64,000 bases of DNA from Bdellovibrionaceae bacterium UBA6502 (GTDB taxonomy: Bacteria; Bdellovibrionota; Bdellovibrionia; Bdellovibrionales; UBA840): NCBI GenBank assembly GCA_002436415.1, contig DJMA01000007.1:17912-81911 (forward strand). The letters run 5' to 3'. The position numbers and the translations under genes were made by a program. Below, in pieces: positions 46,599 through 56,464 of the stretch; the stretch's first letter is position 1; every line of letters starts with the position of its first letter. The notes under the pieces were generated by a model that was given only the letters and a program-made list of their open reading frames with translations, was not told the origin of the DNA and did not search any database.

Positions 46599-49500
46599 TT
46601 AAACTCTACTTTATACCTTAGATCTAAACCGAAGATGTCGCTTTCTTGGTTTTCGTTCACTGAGCTAGCAGCGTCTTCGTTAAGGGTAGTGGACTCCCAG
46701 CTACCGATAACACTAACTTCTTTATTTAGTTTGTATTCAACTTTAACATCTTTTTTGGTGTTGTTCCCTAAAATACTAGCTGAAGCTCCAATGTTTGGAG
46801 TTACTTGTTTACTAATCACAACTTTGTATTGGGTACTGTCTGTTTCATCAATGTCTGTAGATAACTTAAATGTGAAACCAGTTCGGTCTTCGATTTCTTT
46901 GCCCAAAGGAGTGTTGGTAATAACAGCGGCTCCGATCTCCATAATCGGTCGATCCGTTTGGCTGTCCAGGGTTTGTTGTTCCAACTGATTGGAGGTCAAG
47001 CCTAAGGCCAACAAACTAATCAGATCACTTTCATTAAGGCTCGGTTGGGACTGTAAGCGAGTGGTGAAGTCGGTTAGGTTTCCTTGCAGTTGAATTTCAA
47101 CGTCATAACTAGTTTCACTACTTTTTTCTATAATACTAGTGTTACCACTCATGAAAAACGAAGGATTCATTTCTGTTTGGTTTTCAAATTTAATTCTACC
47201 AGAAATTAAATTAAAGGGAGTGTCTCGAAAAAATATTTTTCCCCCAGGAATTAAGCGCATATCTCCATTGTAAGTGGGCAGGCCAAGTGGCCCCTGAATG
47301 CTAATTTTTCCAGTTACATTGGCATCCAGTTCTGGAACTTTGATTTTTAGACGTTCCTGCAAGCGAGCGTTTACATTTAAAATTAGCGGAGAAAAACTAT
47401 TTTTTAGTAAAACTTCAGGTAAGTACCTTGAAGGTCGTATGTTGGTTTGTGTTCCTGATGACTTTGGACTGATAACTCCTGATTTAACAACCGCATCAGC
47501 GCTTAAACGGAAAGGGAACCAATCACCATCTAATTTAAAGTTTGCATCTGTTAAAAGGCTCAAGCCTTCAATGAATCTAAAATTACTGTTTGTGATGCTA
47601 CCGTTTAAATTGATAGGTAGTTTTGTTAAACCATTAAACTCAATACTACCAGAGGCCTTGAGATTTCCACCAGCTAAAATACCAGATAGATTGTTTAACA
47701 GGATTTTATTATTATTTAATAAAATATCCGCCTGTAAATTTTCGAAGGGATGTAAAAAATTAGGAATTCGGAAAAAGGAGTTTTTTAAGTAAGCCGAACC
47801 TGTAAAAACAGGTTCTACAAGGCTACCATTGATTTGGGTTTCAAAGCTCAAGGCTCCACTCAAATCATCCACAAAGGGCACGGCAAAACTTGCAAGAGAA
47901 AGGTCGATGGCTCCAGATAGTTTGGTATCCCAGCGATCTTTTGTACCAGGATTGACGGTCAAAGAAATCTGACTTTCACTGCCAGTGAGTTGCCATTCTT
48001 TGGATTGAAAAAGACCGTTTCTCACCGAAATGTTCAATTCATTTTGGTTAGAAATGTTTCGAGTACCTCTTCTGATTTCAATGTCTTCAATCTTTATACT
48101 TCCACTGGAGTTCCAAATCCCTCCATTGTCGGCAACGAGTCTTACTTCAGAACTTAATTTACTATTAAAGCCAGCTTGGTTTGTGTTGATACCCAAAAGA
48201 GAAAACAGGGCTGTAAAGTTAAAATCCACACTTTCCATATTTAACTGAAATTTTTCAGTCTTTAAATAAGGGTGTACCCAATTTAAAGCTAGAGTGTTAC
48301 CAAACATACTGGCATTGGTTTCATAAACCTTACCGTTGAACCTGTGGGTAAAGTAAGAGTCACTTAAGTTGGTTTGATCGATGTTTAACTTAGATACTTT
48401 CCCTTCCATCTCGTAATTTAGCTCAGGAATTTTTCCGTACATTTTGAAGCTTGTATCTAAGTCTCCACTTACATTTCCAGCCAATTTCTTTGTGAAATCT
48501 AAATCGGATAGTTTTAAATTTTCAGAGCTGAGTCTTAGGTCTAAATTAAAATCAGGGTCTAAAGATATCTGACCGATGATTTGAGAGTCTTCTGAGGACT
48601 TTTGGGCTTCTAGGTACTTGGTTTTCATAGAACCATTTTTAGCAGAAGCACGAATCTTAAAGTTTTGAAAGCCTTCCGTATTTACGAAAAATCTTTCACT
48701 AAAATAACGTAAATCATAGCTCATTTTGTTAAATTGAAGTGGACCATTAAACTCAAGACGCATTGGTCCTTCAGCAACGAAATCTAAAGGAGGGACGAGA
48801 TGGGCCTTGATGATTTTTTCCACGTCTTTAAACTTTGCTTTTTGAGAGCTAAATTTACCTAGGATCGTACTATTCAAAAGATTGATGTGGGTGAAACCTC
48901 TGAATTCACTTTGATTTACATTTGTAGAAACTTGATTAATGTAAAGTGTGCCTTTTTGGTATTTTAATTTTGCTTTGGCATTTCCTAAATAGTAGTCGAA
49001 TAATTTTAGGTCTTTTGTGTCAAGCTTCATGTCGATGGTGGCAGATTTAGAATCGCCCTCAGTGCTTCCGGTTAGCTTAACTCCAGACTCAATTTTTAAG
49101 TCCGCAAGGTTTTTTAAATCTTTAAAATCAAAATTGTCCGTCTGGTAATCAAATTTAAATCCCTTAGCGTATTCAACATATCCTTTCGCTGATCCATTGC
49201 TTTCGCCAAGTTTGATTTTTCCTTCTGGATAGACTCCAACTTTATTGATTTTAACACCACCAGTGATTTCCGCGTTTTCAAAGGCTGTGATGGTTTTATT
49301 ACTGCTTGAGTTGTAGACTCGAAAATAAGGTAGGTTCACGCTACCGCTACAGTTAATCTCTAATTCTGGTTGTACTTCACCGGCGCAATCCATGCCTTTG
49401 CTGGCAATGTCTAATCGAAGTGGTACATCTCCAACGCGGATATCTTGTAGTAGTTGACCTAACTCCAAAGATTTTACTTGAAAGTTTGTAGTCATACTCC

Positions 49501-50572
49501 ATTTGTCTTCTGACTTAACTAGATCTAATTTGCCTATGCTTAAATTGGTTTTAAGACGGTTTAAATTAAACTGGGATATACTGATGTTGTTAGGTTTAAG
49601 ATCTAATTTGCTTTGAATGTTTCCAATTTTAAAAGAATCAATGACCAGGTTCTCTGTACTAATTTCAGCTTCGACGTGCTTGAGGTTGTCTGAATTTAAA
49701 TCCATTTGCGCGGAAAGATTTCCTGAAACATCCAATAGTTCTTTTTTAGGTAAAAATCGTTTTGCCAAAGAATTAATTTCATCAAGTTTTAGCTTACTAT
49801 TCAGACGTGCTTTAAATTTGCTTTTTTCGAAGAGATGCCAGCTTTTAGCGCTTAACTGTAAGTCGATAAAATTATCTTCTTGGAAAACTTTTAACTTTTC
49901 AATCTTAAGGTTTTCAGGAGAAAGGTTTATTTCTGATTCTACCTTTAGCTTAACTAGGCTTTTCTTTATTTTTGTTTCTTTTAAAGAAAAAGAAGGTATG
50001 TCAATAATGACTTGTAAAATATCATCTTGTTTTTCAATTTTTATGGAAGCCGACTTTACTAAATTACTTAAACCAGCTTCTTCGAGACGACCAAATAAGT
50101 TTATGTTTTCCATTTCAATTTCATCAATTGGTAAGGCTTTGAGAATGCTTGAAACTTCTTTGGGATCAATTTTTGGCATTTCAATTTTCGAAGCTTTTAT
50201 ATTGCTGTCGTTTTTCTTAATAAAATATACTAGGTCGATGTCAGAAACTTTAATGTGAGAAAGTCCGGCTTCTCCTAAAAATATACTCGAGAAGCTTGGA
50301 CTTGCTTCTATTCTAGCGATACTCATTTCGCGAATTTGTTTTAGACCGGGATTTTTTGATTGATATAGCTTTGTATTTAATAGACTTATTTTGGGAGGTA
50401 AAAGTTGGACTTCGACACTCTCCGGTTTAATCATGACGGGTAGTTTTTCATAGGAGTAGACTTGAATGCTGTTTAAAATCCAATCTTTAATTTGTGGTAG
50501 GTGAAAGCGATAGGCGAAACCAATTAACATGGATAAAATGGCAACAATGCTGTACTGGTAGATAGACTTCAT
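46595..50572 (-). CDS. tamB: TamB/AsmA-like translocation and assembly module protein
   Basis: A single N-terminal TM anchor is present (SIVAILSMLIGFAY). It is followed by more than 1300 aa of repetitive beta-rich sequence and a DUF490-like C-terminus. The start was set at the Met forming an ATGA overlap with the upstream gene. The maximal ORF runs to 50593. Confidence 0.7.
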   Translation of the reverse strand: MKSIYQYSIVAILSMLIGFAYRFHLPQIKDWILNSIQVYSYEKLPVMIKPESVEVQLLPPKISLLNTKLYQSKNPGLKQIREMSIARIEASPSFSSIFLGEAGLSHIKVSDIDLVYFIKKNDSNIKASKIEMPKIDPKEVSSILKALPIDEIEMENINLFGRLEEAGLSNLVKSASIKIEKQDDILQVIIDIPSFSLKETKIKKSLVKLKVESEINLSPENLKIEKLKVFQEDNFIDLQLSAKSWHLFEKSKFKARLNSKLKLDEINSLAKRFLPKKELLDVSGNLSAQMDLNSDNLKHVEAEISTENLVIDSFKIGNIQSKLDLKPNNISISQFNLNRLKTNLSIGKLDLVKSEDKWSMTTNFQVKSLELGQLLQDIRVGDVPLRLDIASKGMDCAGEVQPELEINCSGSVNLPYFRVYNSSSNKTITAFENAEITGGVKINKVGVYPEGKIKLGESNGSAKGYVEYAKGFKFDYQTDNFDFKDLKNLADLKIESGVKLTGSTEGDSKSATIDMKLDTKDLKLFDYYLGNAKAKLKYQKGTLYINQVSTNVNQSEFRGFTHINLLNSTILGKFSSQKAKFKDVEKIIKAHLVPPLDFVAEGPMRLEFNGPLQFNKMSYDLRYFSERFFVNTEGFQNFKIRASAKNGSMKTKYLEAQKSSEDSQIIGQISLDPDFNLDLRLSSENLKLSDLDFTKKLAGNVSGDLDTSFKMYGKIPELNYEMEGKVSKLNIDQTNLSDSYFTHRFNGKVYETNASMFGNTLALNWVHPYLKTEKFQLNMESVDFNFTALFSLLGINTNQAGFNSKLSSEVRLVADNGGIWNSSGSIKIEDIEIRRGTRNISNQNELNISVRNGLFQSKEWQLTGSESQISLTVNPGTKDRWDTKLSGAIDLSLASFAVPFVDDLSGALSFETQINGSLVEPVFTGSAYLKNSFFRIPNFLHPFENLQADILLNNNKILLNNLSGILAGGNLKASGSIEFNGLTKLPINLNGSITNSNFRFIEGLSLLTDANFKLDGDWFPFRLSADAVVKSGVISPKSSGTQTNIRPSRYLPEVLLKNSFSPLILNVNARLQERLKIKVPELDANVTGKISIQGPLGLPTYNGDMRLIPGGKIFFRDTPFNLISGRIKFENQTEMNPSFFMSGNTSIIEKSSETSYDVEIQLQGNLTDFTTRLQSQPSLNESDLISLLALGLTSNQLEQQTLDSQTDRPIMEIGAAVITNTPLGKEIEDRTGFTFKLSTDIDETDSTQYKVVISKQVTPNIGASASILGNNTKKDVKVEYKLNKEVSVIGSWESTTLNEDAASSVNENQESDIFGLDLRYKVEFK

Positions 50573-51615
50573 AGATCTATCTCCTTTTCCCATCTTCCGA
50601 GAAGACTTTTAGCCATAAGGTAATCAGGCTTCACATTTAGGATATCTTCTAAAATGCTTAAAGCCATTTTGTCTTGGCCAATTTCTTTCAGGCAAATGGC
50701 TCGGTTGTATTGTAAATACATTCCATGCATCTGTGAAAAGCTGGAGTCTTTCTGTAGGGACTCTATGTATTCAATGCTTTCTAAAAAACGTCTGCTTTCA
50801 ATCAAAACTTTAATGAGGAATAATTTTGCCTCGGCACTATCTAGGTCTTCAAGAATTGAAATCGCTTTTGAAAACTCACCCATAGAATAGAGTGCGATGG
50901 AAATATCATATTGCCACTCTGGTTTTGTCTGTCCTAATTCTAGAAGAGCTTTAATGCTCTCGGGGTCATTTTCTTCATTGCTTTTTATATGTTTAAACTC
51001 GATGGGCGTATTGGCTATGCTCTCTGAATTTTTTAGAGCAGAAAGTGCCTTCTGAAACTCAAGCCTGCTTTGGTAGTCTTTTAGCTCAGTGGATTTTGGG
51101 TAGAACTCTTGAAGTTTTTCAATGGCCGACTGAGCCAAATCATAATCTTCATTTACAAAATGCGCTTCAATGGCTCTGGATTGTTTTTCAAGGTCTCGCT
51201 TCGAAAAACCAAGATCTTCCTGAATACTGAGGTCTTTTAGTTCAATGAGCTTTTCCGAACTTTCAACCAATTGGTTCATACGAATTAGATCGCGGATGCG
51301 GCCTTCTGAGTCAGACCATAAAAATAAACTAGCAGTTGTTTCATTGCTTAATTGTTCTTTGCTAAAATATAAATTGAAAAGTCGGAGGCAGGCTCGAATC
51401 GGAATCGGTTTTTGTTTTCCAAATTGATAGTAGATTTCGGCGGCAAGGGATTTGTGCATTCCTAAACGAAATAAAAAGGCAGCAACTTCTTCGGCCTCCA
51501 TAGGGGAGAGAACGCCACGGTGCCATTTTTTAATGAGTTCGTCTGCGATATGACTGCGGTCTGGAATGTCCCGTAGTAGTTTATGAATTTCTCTTTCCAT
51601 AGCCGAAAATGACAT
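50569..51615 (-). CDS. hypothetical helical-repeat (TPR-like) protein, first gene of the tamB-bamA operon
   Basis: It has no signal peptide. The C-terminal half shows TPR-like A/Y/L periodicity (AISILEDL, RAICLKEIGQDKMALSILEDIL). Its stop overlaps the tamB start. Confidence 0.5.
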   Translation of the reverse strand: MSFSAMEREIHKLLRDIPDRSHIADELIKKWHRGVLSPMEAEEVAAFLFRLGMHKSLAAEIYYQFGKQKPIPIRACLRLFNLYFSKEQLSNETTASLFLWSDSEGRIRDLIRMNQLVESSEKLIELKDLSIQEDLGFSKRDLEKQSRAIEAHFVNEDYDLAQSAIEKLQEFYPKSTELKDYQSRLEFQKALSALKNSESIANTPIEFKHIKSNEENDPESIKALLELGQTKPEWQYDISIALYSMGEFSKAISILEDLDSAEAKLFLIKVLIESRRFLESIEYIESLQKDSSFSQMHGMYLQYNRAICLKEIGQDKMALSILEDILNVKPDYLMAKSLLGRWEKEIDL

Positions 51616-51714
51616 GATTTTATTTTAGCTTTAAATCATTGAATTGGCTAACGAATTCGGGAAAAAAAAGAAAAAGCAAAAGGCAGTTTTGTTGTGTCAA
51701 AACTGCCTAAAAAA

Positions 51715-52287
51715 TTACCCTTGGCTAACTCTTTCTAGGTATTCATTGGTGCGTGTATCAACTTTCAATACGTCGCCCTCATTGATGTGTAATGGAACGC
51801 TAACGCTTAATCCAGTTTCTAAAGTTGCTGGTTTTGTAGCCCCAGAAACTCTATCGCCTTTAACTCCAGGTTCTGTTTGAGTCACTTTTAATTGAACCTG
51901 GTTTGGAACTTCCACTCCAATCACTCGACCATTAAAAAACAAAATACTCACAACCATATTTTCTGTTAAGTAAAGAGCAGCTTCACCAACTTCCTGTTCC
52001 ATAACAGGAATGGTTTCGTAGCTTGTTTGGTCCATAAAGTTAAAAGAATCATCATCACGGTAAAGATAGCTCATCTCTTTTTCTTCTACATCAGGAACAC
52101 CAAATTTTTCACCTGACTTAAAGGTTCTTTCAAGGTTGGAACCACTAATTAGGTTTCTCATTTTTGTTCTTGTGAACTGGTTTCCTTTTCCTGGTTTCAC
52201 ATGTTGGAAATCAGTAATTACATATGGCTCATTATCAATTAACAACTTTAAGCCTTTACGAAAATCAGATGTAGAATGCATTGTCAC
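51715..52287 (-). CDS. efp: elongation factor P
   Basis: SDFRKGLKLLIDNEPYVITDFQHVKPGKGNQFTRTKMRNL is the canonical EF-P sequence, including the KPGKG loop. Confidence 0.95.
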   Translation of the reverse strand: MTMHSTSDFRKGLKLLIDNEPYVITDFQHVKPGKGNQFTRTKMRNLISGSNLERTFKSGEKFGVPDVEEKEMSYLYRDDDSFNFMDQTSYETIPVMEQEVGEAALYLTENMVVSILFFNGRVIGVEVPNQVQLKVTQTEPGVKGDRVSGATKPATLETGLSVSVPLHINEGDVLKVDTRTNEYLERVSQG

Positions 52288-52386
52288 TCCTGGTTTGTAG
52301 CTATTTAATCAGGCTAAAACTACCTTTTTAGGGGCTTAGATGCAAACAAATAGAGGTTGGAAAAGTTTTGCTTAAAGGATAAGCTA

Positions 52387-53151
52387 TTAATCTCTACGAT
52401 TTTGATCAATATGAAGAAGGGCTCTTTCTAGACGATTGATTTTTTTGCTACTAGAGATTCTCTCTTCGTTGATCGAGACCTCAGGAGGCTGCTGATCTAG
52501 AACGCTAAGGCGTTTTATGATTTCTGGGTGATCACCAAGTTGTTCTTTGGCTGTTTTTAATGTGGTGATTGCCTTATCTAGATCTCCTCTTATGGAGAAG
52601 GCGTCGGCTAGAGATAGAACTCGTTCAATATTTAATTTGTTTTGGTCTTCTTTAGATCGGCTTTCATCATTATTTTCTGTGATTTCCTCAAATAGAGAAT
52701 TGGGATCTAAAATTTTGAAGCTGTTTTCATGCAAATCAGGAGCGCTAAGGCTTTCAAGTTTTTTGACTTGTTTTTGGGCGCCTACATGGTTAGGAGCTAG
52801 AAAAAGCAGCATTTTAAAGGATTTTAATGCTAAATTATGCTTTTTTAGGTGTGAGTAGCAGCTGCCTAGCAAATTGTGAGCAAGGATATTGTCAGGGTTT
52901 TGGCTGGTTACTTTTTCAAGAACTTTTATGGCTTCTTCAAATTTTTCCAGGTCGATGAGAACCTTTGCGTAGGCAACAAGGCCACTAGTGAAATTAGGGT
53001 GGTGACTTAAACCAATTTCACAAACTTCTTTTGCCTCTTTTAGGAGATGCATACGTCGATATGCCTCAGCCAGAGGGGCAAAAGATTTGGTGCTCTTGTC
53101 TTTTTCAAATAAAATTTGATAACGCTCGATGAAGCCAGGGTTCATATCCAT
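52387..53151 (-). CDS. tetratricopeptide repeat protein
   Basis: Several 34-aa TPR-like units are visible (AYRRMHLLKEAKEVCEIGLSHHPN, AYAKVLIDLEKFEEAIKVLEKV, LGSCYSHLKKHNLALKSFKMLL). Confidence 0.65.
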   Translation of the reverse strand: MDMNPGFIERYQILFEKDKSTKSFAPLAEAYRRMHLLKEAKEVCEIGLSHHPNFTSGLVAYAKVLIDLEKFEEAIKVLEKVTSQNPDNILAHNLLGSCYSHLKKHNLALKSFKMLLFLAPNHVGAQKQVKKLESLSAPDLHENSFKILDPNSLFEEITENNDESRSKEDQNKLNIERVLSLADAFSIRGDLDKAITTLKTAKEQLGDHPEIIKRLSVLDQQPPEVSINEERISSSKKINRLERALLHIDQNRRD

Positions 53152-53357
53152 AAAAAAATTTTAGCAGTAGCAAGTATCTATGCCAAAGAAAAAAGCAAAC
53201 AAAGGGGCAATTCTCGACGCTTTACACTTATCGAAGTTGTTCATTTGCCCAAAAGCAAAAGCCTTGCTAAAAATAGGAGGTTGAATGAAGAATAATTTTG
53301 CGAGTCTTTTAATCAAAAAAGTGCTCGTATCGATAATGCTTGTTTTAGGAGTTTTAA

Positions 53358-54110
53358 ATGGCAGGTCATAGTAAATGGGCGAATATTAAACATAAAAAAG
53401 GCGCCGCGGATCAAAAGCGCGCTAAGGTTTTTACGAAAATTGCAAAAGAGGTAACTGTAGCCGCTAGATTAGGTGGTGGGGACATTGATGCAAACCCAAG
53501 ACTAAGACGAGCCATTGCTAGTGCTCGTGCTGTTTCAATGCCGAAAGACAATATTGATCGAGCGATCAAAAAAGGAACTGGAGAAATGGGGGATGTTGAT
53601 TTCGAAGAAATCACATTCGAAGGTTATGGCGCTGGTGGTGTAGCTGTTATGGTGGATTGTTTAACGGATAACCGTAATCGTACTGTGAGTGAAGTTCGTT
53701 TTGCTTTTAAAAAAGGAAACGGAAGTATGGGAGAGAATGGCAGTGTTGCCTGGGTATTTGAGACAAAGGGAGTGATCGGTTTCAATGAAATGGATGGCTT
53801 GGATGTAGAAAAACTGCAAGAAATTGCAATTTTAAATGGTGCAGAAGATATCGAAGAAGATAGTGATTCTGTGACCATTTACTCAAGTACGGAAGACTTT
53901 GATGCTTTGAGTACGGCGATTGAAGAAGCTGGTTTTCAACCACAGCGTAGTGAGGTTTCTAAAATTCCTTCTAACACCGTTGAGTGTAGTGGTGAAATGG
54001 CTGATGATGTGATTAAGCTTATTAATTTGTTAGAAGATCTTGATGATGTTCAAAATGTTTCGGCTAATTTTGACATTTCTGATGAAGAGTTAGAGAGAAT
54101 TTACTCTTGA
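53358..54110 (+). CDS. yebC: YebC/PmpR family DNA-binding transcriptional regulator
   Basis: MAGHSKWANIKHKKGAADQKRAK is the family signature N-terminus. Confidence 0.93.
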   Translation: MAGHSKWANIKHKKGAADQKRAKVFTKIAKEVTVAARLGGGDIDANPRLRRAIASARAVSMPKDNIDRAIKKGTGEMGDVDFEEITFEGYGAGGVAVMVDCLTDNRNRTVSEVRFAFKKGNGSMGENGSVAWVFETKGVIGFNEMDGLDVEKLQEIAILNGAEDIEEDSDSVTIYSSTEDFDALSTAIEEAGFQPQRSEVSKIPSNTVECSGEMADDVIKLINLLEDLDDVQNVSANFDISDEELERIYS

Positions 54111-54607
54111 TCGTTTTTGGTGTAGATCCTGGTTCTAATTTAGCTGGTCTTGCGGTTTTGAAAACAAGCTCGCAAGGCGAACAGCGACCAGATTTATTGG
54201 CTCTAGATATTTATAGTACGAAAAAAGGAGCATCTTTCGATGAAAAGCTTTTTAAAATACTTACTGAGATTGAAAAGGCGGTCATCGAGTTTCAGCCAGA
54301 TGTTTTAGTATTAGAAGAAGCTTTCACTGGTGCAAATATCCAAAGTGCATTGCGATTGGCTGAAGTACGAGGTGCAATTATATATTTAGCGCAAAAAAAC
54401 AAAATCAAAGTGGAGCATATTGCTGCTCGAAAAGTTAAGAAAGCCATCACAGGTAAAGGCAATGCTAGTAAAGAAAGTGTGGCCAGTTTTTTAAAGTTCG
54501 AATTTTCACTGGGAGATCAAGAAATTCCAGTAGATGCAAGTGACGCTTTAGGCATTGCTTATAGTTATTGTGTGGGGCTTAATTCGACGGCCTTAGAAAG
54601 TTTTTAA
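54107..54607 (+). CDS. ruvC: crossover junction endodeoxyribonuclease RuvC
   Basis: The TTG start overlaps the yebC stop. The motifs IVFGVDPGS, LVLEEAF and a C-terminal ASDALGIA are present. Confidence 0.9.
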   Translation: MIVFGVDPGSNLAGLAVLKTSSQGEQRPDLLALDIYSTKKGASFDEKLFKILTEIEKAVIEFQPDVLVLEEAFTGANIQSALRLAEVRGAIIYLAQKNKIKVEHIAARKVKKAITGKGNASKESVASFLKFEFSLGDQEIPVDASDALGIAYSYCVGLNSTALESF

Positions 54608-54611
54608 ACAA

Positions 54612-54646
54612 AAATAAAAAAAGCCACTGAGATAGTGGCTTTTTTT
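54612..54646. terminator. bidirectional intrinsic terminator (ruvC / fadD)
   Basis: The sequence is aaaataaaaaa-agccact-gagat-agtggct-tttttt. Confidence 0.8.
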
Positions 54647-54648
54647 GT

Positions 54649-56325
54649 TTAGGCAGAAGCTTCTTTTTTAGGTCTGAGCTCTTTTCTTAAGATTTTACCA
54701 ACATTTGATTTTGGTAGTTCATCTCTAAATTCAACAAACTTTGGTCGCTTGTAGCCAGTGAGGTTTTCTTTACAGAAGTTTAAGATCTCTTCTGCGCTAA
54801 GGCTGTCATCTTTTTTGACGACGAAAACTTTAACTACTTCACCAGATCTTTCGTCGGGAACTCCGATAGCAGCCACTTCTAAAACTTTTTCCATTTTCAC
54901 AACAACATCTTCAACTTCATTTGGATAAACATTAAAGCCAGAAACTAAAATCATATCTTTTTTGCGATCAACGATTTTAAAATAGCCTTCTTCGTCCACC
55001 ATGGCTACGTCACCGGTTTTTAACCATCCATCCTTGGTAAGAATTTTTTCAGTTTCATCGGGACGGTTCCAGTAGGCTTTCATGATTTGTGGTCCTTTGG
55101 CCCATAGCTCACCAGCTTCGCCCATTGCTACTTCATTGCCATCGTCGTCACATATTTTAATGTCAGTACTTGGTAGTGGTAAGCCGATGCTTCCAACCTT
55201 TTCTGTGCCATCGATTGGGTTACAGCAAAGTACAGGAGAGGTTTCGGTTAGGCCATAACCTTCTGCGATGTGGGTTCCTGTTTTTTCTAACCATCGTTCC
55301 ATAACGGCTTTTTGCATAGCCATACCGCCTGCTACAGAAATTTTAAGAGAGCTAAAATCTACACTTGAAAACTCTGGGTGGTTCATCAAAGCATTAAACA
55401 AAGTATTTAGTCCTGTCATAACAGTGAACTTGTGTGCTTTCATTTCTTTAATAAAACCTGGGATGTCTCTCGGGTTAGTGATTAATACGTTCTTACAACC
55501 TAAGTAAGTAAAGGCCAGGAGATTTACGGTGAAGGAGAATACATGATAAAGAGGAAGGGGAGTTAAAATAACTTCTTCGCCTTCTTTCAAGGCGCTTCTC
55601 ATCCAACAACGAATCTGCATCATATTTGAAAGTAAATTTCGGTGAGTAAGCTCTGCGCCTTTGGCCACACCCGTTGTTCCTCCGGTGTATTGTAATATTG
55701 CAGTGTCATCTAATTCCATTTCAACGGGGCGAAGTCTTTTGCCGCGGCCCCATTTGATACAATGGTTAAAGTCAATGGCTTGCGGAAGGTGAAAACTAGG
55801 TACCATCTTTTTTAGGTGCTTTACAACTTTATTAACGATTAAAGATTTAGGGAAACCTAATTGATCGCCTAGTTCGGTTACGATCACATGTTTGATGGAT
55901 GTTTTTGGTAAGATTTTTTCTAGCTTATCTGCGAAGTTGGCTAGAATTACGATTGCTTTAACTCCGGCATCTTTAAATTGATGCTCCATCTCCCTTTCTG
56001 TATAGAGTGGGTTTGTGTTTACCACAACTAAACCAGCTCTTACTGCGCCAAAAAGGGCGATAGGAAATTGCAGTACGTTAGGCATTTGGATCGCGATTCG
56101 GTCGCCTTTTTTTAATCCAAGATTTTCTGTTAGGTAACAAGCAAAGGCTTTACTTCTAGTATCAAGGTCCGAAAAACTTAGGTCTTTACCCATACAATGA
56201 AAGGCTTCTTTTCCGGCATAGACTTTCATTTTTTCTTCCACCAATTGCTTGATGTTTTTGAAATTTTTTAAATCGATTTCTAGGTCAACACCTGCAGGAT
56301 AACTTTTCTGCCAAATTCTTTCCAT
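54649..56325 (-). CDS. fadD: long-chain-fatty-acid--CoA ligase
   Basis: The AMP-binding motifs are YTGGTTGVAKGAELTH, GYGLTE, TGD and KILRKEL. The product is 558 aa. Confidence 0.85.
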   Translation of the reverse strand: MERIWQKSYPAGVDLEIDLKNFKNIKQLVEEKMKVYAGKEAFHCMGKDLSFSDLDTRSKAFACYLTENLGLKKGDRIAIQMPNVLQFPIALFGAVRAGLVVVNTNPLYTEREMEHQFKDAGVKAIVILANFADKLEKILPKTSIKHVIVTELGDQLGFPKSLIVNKVVKHLKKMVPSFHLPQAIDFNHCIKWGRGKRLRPVEMELDDTAILQYTGGTTGVAKGAELTHRNLLSNMMQIRCWMRSALKEGEEVILTPLPLYHVFSFTVNLLAFTYLGCKNVLITNPRDIPGFIKEMKAHKFTVMTGLNTLFNALMNHPEFSSVDFSSLKISVAGGMAMQKAVMERWLEKTGTHIAEGYGLTETSPVLCCNPIDGTEKVGSIGLPLPSTDIKICDDDGNEVAMGEAGELWAKGPQIMKAYWNRPDETEKILTKDGWLKTGDVAMVDEEGYFKIVDRKKDMILVSGFNVYPNEVEDVVVKMEKVLEVAAIGVPDERSGEVVKVFVVKKDDSLSAEEILNFCKENLTGYKRPKFVEFRDELPKSNVGKILRKELRPKKEASA

Positions 56326-56409
56326 ATTTCCCCCTAAAGGACCAATGCAATGATCCCTTCGAGCTTAGTGGGTTCTAGGCATCTCGTCTAGTTTTATTTA
56401 GTGCCTGAA

Positions 56410-56436
56410 TAAAAAAAAGCCACCGATAAGGTGGCT
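56410..56436 (-). terminator. intrinsic terminator after the histone-fold gene
   Basis: On the minus strand the hairpin agccacc-ttatc-ggtggct is followed by T8. Confidence 0.8.
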
Positions 56437-56464
56437 TTTATCTAGTTTCAGAGGAAACTATAAA

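Noticed and set aside
46635-50258. Several long plus-strand ORFs antisense to tamB (46635-46988, 47298-47792, 48030-48248 and 49617-50258, up to 213 aa).
   Set aside because: They are Ser/Leu/Phe/Lys-rich shadow frames, typical of the antisense strand of an AT-rich gene. They have no start context and are fully embedded in a well-supported 1325-aa gene.
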